The notes under the pieces were generated by a model. The model worked only from the letters and a program-made list of their open reading frames with translations, searched no databases and was not told the origin of the DNA. 64,000 nucleotides of DNA from Podarcis vaucheri (Eukaryota). Positions 39,077 through 52,704 of the stretch are shown piece by piece; the first letter of the stretch is position 1, and every line of letters begins with the position of its first letter. The stretch is from NCBI GenBank assembly GCA_965113315.1, contig OZ220373.1. One strand, given 5' to 3'. The position numbers and the translations under genes were made by a program.

Positions 39077-39435
39077 CGCGGGTGGGGACGCGGGTGGTGC
39101 TGTGGGTAAAAGCCTCAGCGCCTAGGGCTTGCCGATCGAAAGGTCGGCGGTTCGAATCCCCGCGGCGGGGTGCGCTCCCGTTGTTCGGTCCCAGCGCCTG
39201 CCAACCTAGCAGTTCGAAAGCACCCTCGGGTGCAAGTAGATAAATAGGGACCGCTTACTAGCGGGAAGGTAAACGGCGTTTCCATGTGCGGCTCTGGCTC
39301 GCCAGAGCAGCGATGTCACGCTGGCCACGTGACCCGGAAGTGTCTCCGGACAGCGCTGGCCCCTGGCCTCTTGAGTGAGATGGGCGCACAACCCTAGAGT
39401 CTGTCAAGACTGGCCCGTACGGGCAGGGGTACCTT
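39077..39435 (+). mobile_element. Sauria SINE, young subfamily (same as 27099-27461)
   Basis: Box B GGTTCGAATCC, ACCTTT tail, perfect 14-bp TSD TATGGTTGTGTGAA (39063-39076, 39436-39449). Confidence 0.95.
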
Positions 39436-40759
39436 TATGGTTGTGTGAAGTAAGCTACATCAGCAATTCCCATAATTGACAACACATTATATTTGTCCAT
39501 TTGAACACATTGTGGTTTTCCAGTTTTCTGATGATTTGTTGGCAATGAAATGGGTAAGAGATAACTAGTTGCAAGAGAAGCAGACCCGTTATGAATCTGA
39601 CTGAACACAGCTAGAGTCCACTTTCACATTTATTCTGTGGCAATGCTGGCAGTGATAAAAGGCTAATTTCTCTACAGCCACTGCACATCAAGGTCCATAG
39701 TAGTTTGGGAGCAGCTTAGACAGGATCCTTCTATCAGGAAGCTTGTTCAAAGATGTACTTGACCTTTGCCCATCCAGACTAGCAACGGGAGGACAACTAG
39801 CTGATTGTGTGATGGAAATCTTGAATTCTCCTTAAGGGTTCTATTCTGCCCTGTCTACAAATGGCAATAGTTTGTCTTTTAAAGCAGCAATCTTTGTATT
39901 CTGCTGTATTGAAGAATCATAAGTCAGTGCCCGATATTCCATTTTTTAATATGATGCTTAAGCATTTATTGGTGACCCAATTCAAAGAATCCCAAATGAA
40001 ACTGATTAACTAGATAGATTTCAGCCTGGATTCAGGCCTCGTTTTGAAACAACTGAGGTGTAGTGTTGCTGCTAAAATCTTAACAAGGGCAAGAATCTGG
40101 GATCATGTGACCCCATAAATGTATCAGCAGCCCTGGCTACCAGTCCAAGGGCTATCACATATAGAGCCCTAAACAGCTTGTGACCAGACTACTTGAAGCC
40201 CCAACACCTTTTACTCTTACATGTTTGTCAGCTGTTTTGCCTCTCTTGCATGTGCTGCTGTCTTAGAAGAGACAGGTTGGTGGCAACATACAAGAAGACT
40301 TTTTCTGTGGTGGCACCTCATATGTAGACCTGCCCACCTCAGGAGGTTAGGTTCTCTTTTTCTTTTCCACTTCTAGCAACTGACAATTTCCCCTTTTGTG
40401 TTTTTGAATCTTGTTGCTTAATGCATTGATTATTAGTACTGTCCTGTGTGTTTTCTGTTTTTGGCTGCATTTGGCTTTATTAACTTGAATTTTCATGACT
40501 GGGTTACTATTGCTTTTATATTTAGTTTTTAATTACAAGCTTCTTTGAAAGACTCATTTGTATAGGGGATAGACAGGTATAATACTTTTCACATTTTAAA
40601 AATGTGCGTTGATCATCTCAATATATGGTTTAGTCACCAGGTGTCACTGGACTTGTTTTATCCTGGTGGAGTCAGTGGTTTCCACATGTCTATGCCATTC
40701 TTGCTGAGAGACAAAACTGGGTTCATGTCTTGCTTCTTGCTGCTGTCTTGTCTAAGTCT

Positions 40760-40895
40760 GGAATGAGAAATCTGTAGTCCCCCAAATGTTGTTGGACTAC
40801 AACCCCCATTGTCCCTGACCACTGGCCATGCTGTCTCAGTTTGCTAGGAGCTGTAGTATAATATCTGATGGGCCACATGTCCTCCATCCCTGCTC
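40760..40895. mobile_element. Decayed hAT-type palindromic MITE
   Basis: GTTGTTGGACTACAACCCCCATTGTCCCTGACCACTGG...GAGCTGTAGT layout as in the 9591 family. Confidence 0.6.
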
Positions 40896-42202
40896 TAAGC
40901 CTTCCATGATGGAGAAGACCTACCATTGCTCACAGGGAGAAAACAAGCATTAAAAGTCCTTCATCTTTTTAATCCCAAAATCATGAGAAAATGTGGTGGT
41001 GGTAGGAGCCTAATTCATAATTTAATAGATATTTTCCCAAGCAGTTATAACAAATTGTAGGTAAAATGAATGCTGTGCCTTCAGCCTAAATGTTAGAAGC
41101 CCATTGCTTTTAAATCCAGTGTGTTCATTAATAAAGCCCTCAGGAAAGTCTTCCTATTGAATTAAATAACATGACTAAGAGCACCTGTCTCAGGCTGGTA
41201 TTAAAATGGGTTGAAAGAGCGAATATAGGGGAAAACCTATTAGCATAAATATCTGCTTTTTACAACCCTTTTCATCTTCAGCTATCATTAACCAAATGAA
41301 CTGCTGACAACATCAAGACGAAACCACGAGCCCTACGGCAAATCCGGCCACATTCCACTTTTCTGACACCCAATTCAGCTCATCTTTATTTTATGACAAG
41401 GAATCAAGTTCTTCTCACTCTATGTGTGCTTAAAAAACACATACTAAGGAAAAAGAAGAAGAAATCATTAGGTCTCCCCCCTCCTCCACCATCCTGAATT
41501 CAGAATTGAGCCCTTCTGAACAACTAGGATACAAGTCTGAATGGCCACAAGGTGATGACCAGAATCAGCACTTGGCACCTTTGGACAGCTACCAAGGTTC
41601 CAGTGAGTCCTACCATAGCACTGCTGATGTGTGTTCTGTGGCACCCATTTAAAAATGGTTATAGGCTGTCTATCTGAGCAGCACTGGGAGCTATGCTAAT
41701 TCCCTAACTACCCCTGACTAAGCATCAATCTGGGGCATTGTGAGACCTTAAAGTAGTGGCTGCACTGAGCCACATAGTGCTGTTTAGCTTACCACCGCCC
41801 TGTAAGCCCACGAGGTCCATGGATAGAGGAATCCTACCAGTCACTTTTCTTAAAGCTCCTCAGACTCACAGCCAACCTTACCACAATATATGAAGAAGAT
41901 CAATCAAAACAGTAATAGTTTTCCAAAGCTGTTGGCTGAAGTCCATAAAATTGTACAACCACACCTCTTTGTAGGATAGGAGTTGCATCGCTGATGTGTC
42001 ACTTTGTGCACAGAATCCTCTCTACTGCCCCTTTCCCACTGAAATTAGGCTTGAAAGAAGCATTAGGTTGCAGTGTGTCCATGTTTACAGTGTTTGTGGT
42101 GCCCACCGCATTTTCTCTGGTTTGCAAAGGTGCCCACAGGCCCCCAAAATTGCATTGTAGTTCTAAAGGGGCAGAAGAAGAAAGTATTATATTGAAACTT
42201 AC

Positions 42203-42331
42203 TGTGCTGGCAGTGGATCCCATTAAACCCCTCTGGGCATTTGCAGATATAGCCTATGAATGTGTCTCCTCTATAGGCTTCACTAATTTCACATATTCCA
42301 CCATTATGGCAGGGATTAGGAATGCATGGCC
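42203..42331 (-). CDS. EDIL3: EDIL3 coding exon (exon 4 equivalent), EGF repeat 2 with RGD integrin-binding motif
   Basis: (G)[42 protein letters not shown]; 129 nt, strong polypyrimidine tract + TTTCAG| acceptor, A|GTAAGT donor; phase 1-1. Three-EGF architecture and [12 protein letters not shown] distinguish it from the paralog MFGE8. Confidence 0.98.
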
Positions 42332-43199
42332 CTGAAAGATAAAAAAGAATGAAAAGAAAATGACACATCAAATATGAATGCAGGAAAGACACTTTGCTAC
42401 CCTTATTTCACTCAGTCATCAAGTGATAAAGGTTATGCGAAGACACATCTGCTCAGGAAGTATTAACCCACTAGCAGGCTAGGGAAATCAGTGCAGTTTT
42501 GAAAGGTTCAGTCCATACTGATTCACAATACTGAACAATTGTATCCAAATATATATGAAAACCTGTTCGTTGAGCTCAAGTACCATCCTGCAAAATTTGA
42601 TTACCATATCTTCAGAGGTATCCAAATGCATAGCAAATAAACAACTTTCCAAAATATATAATATATTAGTAATCATTAGGGCTTTGCATGGCTCTCCCAA
42701 TCTGATTCAGAGCTTGATCTGGTGCTTTGGAATGGCCCCAATTCAACCCAGGATGATGCAGACTGAATGGGGGGGGCACAATGCATGAAGCCTGCCTGAG
42801 TCTCATTCTTCCCCCTATACCCACGACTGCCTCAACATGTTTTGTTGGCATCCATCTGTCTGGGGAGACAATGGAAGAATATGAACTTTCAGGGGTAAAG
42901 TCAAACCATTGGAGAGTCACAGTGCTGGCTGTGACTCTAGAGACTGATACAGGAAAGACTTGACTTTTGCTAAATCCCAGATTGTCTCAGTTTGGCTTGG
43001 GATCCAGCTCCAGTAATCATTGTTGTTTACAAGAGAGTCAAATAGTGTAGTTTTCCTTGATACCCTTTCTGGATAACACATGAAAAGGTTGAAAAGAATG
43101 GATTTGATCACCACCACCATACAAATTTTATCATCAGACAAATGGGCATTGATACCACAGAAACCACTGAATTCCAAGTACCTCTTTAATTATGATACG

Positions 43200-43440
43200 A
43201 TAATCTTTATTGTCATTGTCCCATACCGAACAATGAAATTGAAAAAAATCTACATAAGACATTCAAAAACCGACAAGCCTGCTATCCCAGCTATCCCAAA
43301 CTGGTTAGCCCCCTAAAAACTCTGATGCCCCATTTTTAAATACAATATACTCCCATAGAGACTCCTTACACTGCATTTAAAACCAAAATCGCATTTGGAT
43401 AGAAACTGTTTCTCAGGTGACTAATTGTTAGTTTTGTTAC
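43200..43440 (-). mobile_element. Rex1/Babar-like LINE 3' end
   Basis: Minus strand reads KLTISHLRNSFYPNAILVLNAV* (LRNSFxPxAI terminal motif), then a 3' UTR ending ATGACAATAAAG. Confidence 0.6.
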
Positions 43441-43567
43441 CATCAAATCCCTCCTAAGGCTATCTTTGAAGGTGTATTGCTAGAAAGGCAAACTCACCCA
43501 TAGAAGGAAGTAGTGTGTGTAAGGATGCGGGTGGGGGTGGGGGCAGGGGCAAAGACAGGCTCTGTTA

Positions 43568-43671
43568 AGAATCATAGAATTGTAGAGTTGGAAGGGACCC
43601 TGAGGCTCATCTAGTCCAACCCGAACCTGCGACTTTGGTGTTATCAGCACTTTGCTCTAACCAACTGAGCC
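43568..43671 (-). mobile_element. tRNA(Ile)-head / CR1-tail SINE (Squam2-like), internally shortened
   Basis: GCTCAGTTGGTTAGAGCAAAGTGCTGATAACACCAAAGTCGCAGGTTCG joined to GGTTGGACTAGATGAGCCTCAGGGTCCCTTCCAACTCTACAATTCTATGATTCT. Confidence 0.8.
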
Positions 43672-45224
43672 AAGGATTCGCATACATTACTAATAAACAT
43701 TTTTTCTGGCAAAGATACTAGCACCCGTCTTCACTGCTGAATGCAAGAACATCACACTTTTGAATGTTACTTACCATTGGCATGTAGACCGCATGCTATG
43801 AAACGCAGAGGGCCCAACCATAAGGGAAAAAAATCTCCCCAGAATTGGATAAACAAGAGGAGAACAGCAAACTCCAAGGTCGGCCCACCTCTGAGGCAAG
43901 GTGAGGCCACAGCCTCAAGTGGCAGGATCCACAGGGGAAGCAGATCCAACCTCCAAGGAATGTACTGCTCACTGCTGCTGCTGACACTGACAGCAATGAC
44001 TGCAGTGTGCTGCTTGGATGCCAGATCTGCTGCCTGCTCAGCAATCCTCCCCTGTGTTGCCTCTACAGCAGCCAGTGGGCAAATAGGAGGCACTGCTGGT
44101 CTCTTCCCACTCCTAGGGAGAATATGATGGGGATTGCCCTCTGGAGTCTCCTGGGAGGGGGAGGGGCAAGGCAGCAGGGAGGCTATCATGGTGCAAATGC
44201 AGCAGCAAAACCAATTTGGTGCTCTTGCCAGTGTATTTGCACCACAGCGAGGCCCCCACCATCTTGCCCATCCCCTATTCCTTCCCGGAAAGCAGCAGCA
44301 ACTCAGCTGTCAGGTAAGCTATGGATGGAAACCAACTTTCCGTCAACGTGTTTATGAATCCTTGCTTTGCCTATCCAGCATTGGATCATAGCCATTGGTT
44401 TGCATAAAAACCTGGCAAATGATGAAGATTCTTTACCTCAAATGTTCCTCCTACAAAGAACTGGCAGTCAATTCTGGTAGTATTTTAAAAAATGATTACA
44501 TGGTTGGAAACATCTGAAGTGAGCTCTTCACAACCGCTTCTAAATTCTCCACCACAATAAAGAACTAATCTTCATTCCTTGAACTACAATGGTGTGCTTA
44601 AAAAATATGAAAATAAATATATGTTTGCCTACTTAAAATCGTATTTTTTTTCCTGCCATTTAATTTACATATAAATAAAGACTAGAGGTGGAATTAATTA
44701 ACATTTACAAAATTGTACATTTCCATATGTGTCACACTCTATATAACAATTTCCAGTTTTCTCTTCCTTATAAAAGGATTGTTGACTCTTTACACAAAGT
44801 GGCACTTATTCAAAATTCAGCTTGGTTCAGAATGCATTTTCAGAGGAACAACGAAAAGCAAGAACAATAGAGCACAGGCAATAGTGTGAACCAGAAGCCA
44901 CTGTAAATCTAGTTCTCTGTGAACATTTGTCAACCCCCTAATAAGGAATTTGTCACATAACAAATGTTAATAGAGTTTATTATAGAAATGCTAATAGAGT
45001 TTAATAATAAAATGTTTATTTCAGAAAGAAGAAGACATATATGGCTTGCTTTCTATCTGTAATGCCCATAGCACTGCGAGGCTTGATTGTTTGTTTTGTT
45101 TGTTTTAAATTGCTCTGAATATTTAACTGAGAAATAAAAACTGAAATGGATGAAGGCTTCATTTGACTCTTCACATTAGGGCAGACCACAAAAAACCCCA
45201 GACATTTGAGGAAGCTCAGCTAAA

Positions 45225-45564
45225 GCATTTATCTGATGAAAATAGGGATGTCCTGTTCATTTCTTTATTTAACTATTTAACTATTTATACCCCACCCATC
45301 TGAATGGGTTGCCCAAGCCACTCTGGGTTGCTTCCAACAGATATAAAAAACATAATAAAACATTAAACACTAAAAAACTTCCCTATACAGGCCTGCCTTC
45401 AGATGGCTCAGGGGTCGGATAGCTCCATACCCACCAACATTTATCCAATGAAAATAGGGACATCCTAAGGGAAAGCAGGACATTCCAGGATTAAATAAAA
45501 AAACTGGGATGGCTTCTGTAAATCTGGTACTATCCCTGGAAAATAGGGACAATTGAAGGTTCTG
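45225..45564 (+). mobile_element. Copy of the 23.7-24.3 kb dispersed repeat family
   Basis: ATGAAAATAGGGA..TCC twice, CATACCCACCAACATTTATCC, ends GGAAAATAGGGACAATTGAAGGTTCTG. Confidence 0.7.
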
Positions 45565-48500
45565 GGCTCAAGTAGTCTGCTAGGGAGCTAGTTTACTTTC
45601 TTTTTTTATTGAGGATTAATAGTTCACCAAAGAGCCTAGTTGGGTTCTTATGTGTATAATCTCTCCTTCTGGTGCTGCTCCACTTTGGAGAAGCCAAGAG
45701 CAAACTTTATTAACATCTGTTTTCTGTTTTACTTTCTGCCCCCAAAAACATGTTAGTTTGTTATTTAGTTAATTTGTATTCTGCTTCATTTTTCAACAGA
45801 AATCTCTGAATGGTTTACAAATCCCAACTGAAAGGATTCTGTATAAGAAATACAGTACAAATTCCACATTCAAAACCAAACTGTACTGCTGCTACTACTA
45901 ACAGCAAAAAACCACATTGTAAGTAACATAGTTAAATAAATACATACATGTAGACAGTGTACATGAACACACTGGGTGGGGTTCAGCTAATGAGTTCTAC
46001 ACGCAGAAGCCCATTTGAAGACTTCTGCCAGTTTAATGGAGCTTTCTCCCCTCTCTTCCCCTGTGTACCCCCATGTCCCCATGAGGGTGAGGGGGCTGGG
46101 AGAGCCTCAAGCACAGCATGCAGTGGGAGGAGAAGACGGATCATACTGTCTGGCAAGCTGATAAGCTTGCAATGATGGAACAATTGTCAGTGTGCTGTGT
46201 TGAATTCTTTCCAGCAGCTGGAATCTGAAAACTACGGTATATAGCTGAATCAACATTAGTATCTGTATTGATCAGTGATTGATGGCTGGCTCTAGGTGCC
46301 ATTTTCATTTGCCAGAATGTCCCTCACCTAGCATCAGTCTAGGGCATTGTGGGAAATAAATATGATTGCTGGTCTTGGCCACCCTGCATTGCTGCTAAGA
46401 GTATTACTACTGCCTCAGATCAGCTTGAGGGATCCACCAATAGGGAAGGGAGTTCGTTACAAGTCATTTCACACAGGGCCCCCTCAAACCTTGAGCCAGC
46501 CCCAGTCTGTTATGGCTTAGGTGCTTCAAAACAACAAACAAACTGAAGACTTTTGCCGTTCTTAACAGCAGACTCCAAGCAGTTTCAAAGTTATTTGTCA
46601 CAAAGCCTGAGGGTTTAGTTTAAGAGAAACACAAAAGTTCCTTAGGTTCAGTGAACTAGTTGCATTGTTCTTTGGATCCTGGACATAGTCAATACATAGT
46701 TTCACCTCCAACAGGCTGAAATAAATATAGGATGCTACCTTATTGATCCATTCTGCCCAGCATTTTCCACTCTGACTGGCAATGGGTTTCCAGGGATTGC
46801 ATTAGATGACTTTAACATCTCCTGTTATCCATTCTGTTTCAGTAGGGGATGCCAAGGGCTGAACCTGAAACTTTCTTCATAAAAAAACACTGATCTAGCT
46901 GCCTTCCATTTGTTTAAAAAGCACATGCCAAAATACTAAGAAAGAGCTGTTTTGCCACATATTAAACATCTTCCAAAATCATTCTATGAGAAATATCTTA
47001 CACACACGCATGCATGTGCATGCACACACAGCTAGCTTTCTTGATTTTTCACTTTATTCTGTATAAAAGCGTTCACGGTGAGTTCTGGCACCTCCCCCCT
47101 GAGAAAAATAGCATTGCATAAAACTCAGGATGGATATAGACACAGGTTAAAATGCTATAAATAAGTCAGGAATTAAATCATCACAACAAAGGGGGGGAGC
47201 CTATGTAAAAATCCATATAAACTCCCTTTTGCTCTCTGACACTATCTGGTGTTGGATGTTTATAATGCATTCAAAACATATTATTGTGATGAATGTAGCC
47301 GAGTCCTCAGTATCTCTTGTAATCTATGATTTGCATAATGCATAGTTATGGCTGTTCTATTTGCATTTGCAGCAGCATACTGCTTATCTTAAAGGTAATT
47401 TGTGTTTTGCATTATTATAGCAATAATTATTCAGTTTGTGTGCTTGAAGCAAATTATTATTTTAGAAAAATCTTTGTTAAATGTTTCACATCAATAATTT
47501 CATAGGTAGGGGTGTAGTTATACACATCTGAATAATATCATAGTTGTTCTTGTAAGTAACATAACATATTGATTTCAAAACAAAGGGCTCAATCCAGATG
47601 AAATTATTGCAGTAATGTTTACGTTTCATTGACCGCAAGTAATTTAAGTTTCAGTCCTTTCAGTTGGCTTTACATATGTCACAAACTGGATCTTGGAGGC
47701 ATCGGTGTAGCTCTCAAACATAATTTAATATGAAAATATGTATTCAATTGGAAATTCTTCTTTGCATTCATACAATTATATCAACTGAAATAATCCTTAA
47801 AATCTGTCCTCAAAACACACTGTCCTACATACCAATTTACAAAATATTGGCTTATGGTTTCTTAGAGCTAGCACAACAACCTTTAAGGCTGTGCTCTTTC
47901 AACCACTTTGGGTGTGCTTAGCCAAACCCATATCAGTTTATAATTAGATGTATCTTCTGTAACTGGCATCAGATTGTGTGACTGAAAAGCCCTTTCCCCC
48001 TTGAAGTCCAGTGGCTCCACTGGATTCAGAGTTCCACACTAGCAACTGCTCTCCCATTCAGCTCAATGCAAGAGAATGGTCCCTGCTTGTAATCCTCATT
48101 TTAGGAGGCACACCATGAGTAGAAATGGGTATGAATTGATAGGTAAGGAGAGTAGCAGCCCATGAGCCACTTTACTAGGCAAGCAGCAGCAGCAGAATCT
48201 ATGCGGCAGTCAAGCGGGCAGAGTAAGTCCCACCCATAGCTTTAAGGCTCTACGGACTTCTCTTTATAGAATCAAAGAGCTTCCATTCACGTTAATGAGG
48301 CCTTTCCCTCATCTTTTTACTGGTTCCCAAATTAGGATTACCATTTTTTTCTGGGCAGAAGCTCTGAAGGAGACCAAGACATTTGGAGTCAACCACCCAC
48401 CCTGACAAGAAGGAAGCCCTGTGTGAAATTTCTCCTGTATAATGCTAATGGCCAACTGCTCTTTTATAGTAAGTTCTTCTATGATGTCCCTGAAGTTCTG

Positions 48501-51500
48501 TTTCCAGCAAAAGTCATTTTCGGTATGCAGTATAGTGCTGCTAATCTTATCATTGACTTTACAGGATATGGTAGACCTCAACCTCCCTTTCATCCTCTGT
48601 TTTGGCAACACACAAATAGGCAGCTTACATGATGCACAGAAATAAAGATAGCAAATCTTTGGCATACTATAGGGAACATGCCACCAAGTTTTGTATGTGA
48701 TTGATATTATACATTAGATGCAGATGAAGTTTCAAAAGCATCCATCTATACAGCAAATTCCTGTAGTCTTGCTTGAAAGCATAATGGGCTTCGGGGATCT
48801 TTTTAAAAAATAAAAATAAATCAATAGTGTAGTAATACATTTGTAAGTAATCTTTAAGTAGCTTCTAACACAAAGAGAACAATGGCCTTTGATCAATATT
48901 AATGAGCAACAGGATTCAACACTATGCATTCCAGGCATTTTAATCCACATTCATATAAGTAATGTCAACAAGATTAATTGCACACTAAAAGCAATAGATT
49001 TCTACAGTTTGCAACTCTCAGTAAGACCCCATAGCTAGGACTAGTATGTGCTAGGAGCTCTCAGATGTGTGTGATGTTAGTATTCAGTTAGAATCCCATT
49101 CTGCATTGGAAAGATACTAATAAGGTAATCATCAATAAAAAAGGGGGTGGGGAAGGATGGCAGTTTCTGGATTTTTCAGATGCTGAAACATCTGAGGTTT
49201 TTACACAAAGGAATGAAATGACTGTTTTCTCTACAGGTTAGCAAAAAGGTCTTTAAGGCAGGAACCACGTTACTTCTTGGCCTTGGTGACAAATACAGTC
49301 AATTCAGTTCCATAATATGTGCACACCAGGGAGGACCCAACTCTGAACTGGAGATTAAATATTTCCAAATGCGACAGGTAGTTTGGATTTAAAATACAGA
49401 GGCTGTCAGATATAGTGCAGAAAGCCATTCCCCCCCCCCAGGTAAAATGTAAATGCTGACAAAGGAAATAAATAATAGGAATAAATCAGAAACAGTGTCG
49501 AGAAGGATGCGTGGTGTAGCTTGGGGTTTGAGAAATTGAATTTGCACTAACTCAAAAACAAATGTGTCTGCACATATCTTCATGCTTCCGAGTCCGGTCA
49601 TCTATTGGCAACCTGCTTTCTCCACATACCTGCTCCTGCATGGCGTACTAAAAACAACTCCATGAACCAAATCACCATATGCACTACTTTCGTCACTTTT
49701 AAAATAAGGTTAGTGGGTGTTTTCTACTAGTAAGCATGCTTATGGATGAAATGTAATGAATGTGAATTTAACTGAAGTGTGATGCTTACAGATGAGGTAT
49801 GAATATTGTTTTATCTACTTATCCTAGCTTCATGGTTGCTACTTTGGGGTGAATAAATCACACACTGTGATTGCATAATCTTCACTCCCCCCCCCCAATA
49901 ACATCTATATCCTAGCCTCGATTAAAGGAACTTAGAATGCTATAAAAGGAACCTGTAAGATAGGTGAGAATGGGTAAGGGCATCCGAGAGTCACTGGGTG
50001 AGCTTCATGGATGAATAGAAAGCCCAGCACAAATCTTAACACTCTATCCTGAACTCCATATAGAAATCAATTCCAAGCAAAAGCAGAATCATATAGATGA
50101 AACAAAACAGATGGGTCTTACAAAACAAAATACCTTAACTGTTAAGGGGCAGGGTAAAGAGGCATGTGAAAGCTTCACAACAAAGATGCTGGATGCACCT
50201 CTATGGGGAGAAAGTTCCACAATTTAGGGGGTGGTAACAGAGAAATCTCTCTTCCAGACCATTATCCCCTACATTTTCAAGGGCTGTGGAACAACAAAGA
50301 GTGCCCCTTGCTGAACTTAACACCCAGAAGAGTCTGTAGGGATGGAGATGGTATTTTGAATATTTGGTACTTAGCCATTTAGGGTTTAAAACATCCGTGT
50401 TAGCACCTTGAATTGGGCCTGGAAACAACTTGGGAGTGGGGTCATCTCCCAGGTGCATGGGCACAGCCTCCAGCATAGTTCATAAGCTTTTGAAGGCTAT
50501 AGCTTGGGAAAAGATGAAGGTGTTGCTCCAGTAACAATCTAATCAGCACCACTTGTAGCTGGGTGTGTGTGGAAGCTTTCCAGCAAATGAAAAAGCAACT
50601 CAGCCCCTAAATGCCAGGAGCTAAGCACAGAATTGAGAGGTAATTACTCTCTGGAGACAAACCAAACAGTAATTTCCCCTTCTTATCTCTGGTCACACAG
50701 GAAGGACCTGGAAACAATCCAATGGCAACAGTCGCAACATTAAGAGATCTCTAAGTTCCTTGGAATGTTTGCTGTTGGCTTGACCAAGGTTATTAAAAAT
50801 AAGCCAGTCTTGAGACCAGAGCTATACATCATGGCAGCAAACACAGCCCACTTCCCTCCCCAAATCCTCCGTTTACTGCTGATGTGCAAAGCGGCAGAGA
50901 GAGGCAATTTGTAGGGGAGAAGTAGTGTGCGTATTTGTTTTGGGGTTATTTATAATTCCACTCGTTGCTGCAACTTTTTCTTTACAACCACTTCTGCTCC
51001 TCCTTGTCCAGCAAACCTAATTCAGAACCCGGACTGAGAGAAAGAACGGCAGAGAGGGATCGAAAATAGAAGTCAGTGGGCAGGAAAAGGGTAAGGACTG
51101 TTTGCCTGTCCACTTCAACTGTCCGCTGGAAAGGCTTTGTACATCAGCTTAGAAAATGAGGATCAGGGAATGAAGAAGAAACCATCGGCAGAATAAAATG
51201 CATGTTAGCATGTGCATACACACACTCCTAGCAGAAGATAGTTGTGTGAACTCTGCATATTGTCCTTGTTAGCCAATGGCACCAAAATTTGGTAGATGTT
51301 CACGAAGTGCAAGTTCTCTGAAACTGATGTCTGAAACTCATGTCAGACAAGCTCCAAGTTGTATTCATCCCTAAGGCATTTAAAAGATCACACAGTTTAT
51401 GTTTCCCCATTTTCTTCTTCAAAAGGTAATGTCACTTTCCAAAGTCAGGTATGCATTCACAATACATAAATGACTTCCCATCAGCACATCACATTACTTG

Positions 51501-52704
51501 AAAAGGCACACAGTTGAAAGCATTCACAACCAGCAGAAAGGTTTCTCTCTGTGTCCTCAGACGGTGTGATAGGTAGCTAGCTTTTGTGTGAAGGAACAGA
51601 GGCATAGTGAAAGCAGCCAGGGACTTCTGTATTTGCTTGTATTTCCCACTTGGCTTATTAATTTAATATGATCATCCAGGCTTTTCCAGACAGGAACAGA
51701 GCACGTGCAAAGGGTATGAAAGCTCTGAATGTTCACAATGGTACACTGGCAGCACAGGGGAAATGTTGAACTGAAATGATTTTCAAAAACTAGATTGAAA
51801 AGAAAAGTTGTGCCTCATTTAATCCAACTTCACCACTCCCTAACAATGCAATCCTGCCTCGTCTACCGAGAAGCAAGTCACATTTACTTCAAATGTAAGT
51901 GAGTATAGGGTTGCAGGCTGAATTTCACAGATCACAGTCACGCTTCCTCATAACAAGATTTTGTGCTACAGTGATGAACATCTGAATATAGAAATCATTA
52001 GGGGGTGCAAACCGATTTGAGTCCCCCCCCATCAAGGGGTGTATAAATTTCAAGAAACAAATAAAATAAATAAATACAAGAACCCTGAAGCAGGCCCAGT
52101 GGCATATGGGCAGCCAGTACAAGCTTTTCATCACTAGAGTTTATGTGCTGGAGATACACTGTCCACATCAACAGTGCCTGCACTGTTCCTTAAAAGCTGG
52201 AGCCTTCAGACCAGGCCCAGGGGAAGACCCTACATAGAGTGCATTGAGGTTATTTGTAAACCACCCTGTGACCATCAGATGAAGGGCGGTATACAAATTA
52301 AATAAATAAATATTAACAGAAAATATGACTTTTAAATTCCCCTGGTACGATGATATCCAAAGGTTTCCCCACTTTCATTCAACACATGACCACATGTCTA
52401 ACAGCTGTTGTGGCTGCCCACCCTCTGCTATCAGCTCTCAATTAATCCTGGTTATCCAGGTTATCTGTTCGGTGACACAATAATGAGACTGAATTACAGT
52501 ACTATGGCATAATTAATTTTCCTTAATGAACTTGTCTATGTAGTGCTGCAAATTGATGCTGTTTTCAGTAATGTGTAATAAATCTGTAGTCTTTCTTCCA
52601 TTTATTTTAGTTCTTTAAAAAAAATTGGTCCCCCTCCCACAAATATTTCCTAATTTCACAATAACTCCTTTTGGTATAGTTGTTTTTCTATGGATCTTTT
52701 AATG

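Noticed and set aside
43622-43671. Possible tRNA-Ile(GAU) gene
   Set aside because: Acceptor stem and the 3' half of the T arm are missing and it runs into a CR1 tail; it is a SINE head.
43741-44391. Cluster of overlapping 80-140 aa ORFs on both strands
   Set aside because: GC-richer decayed repeat-like sequence with few stop codons; no domain similarity or splice pattern.
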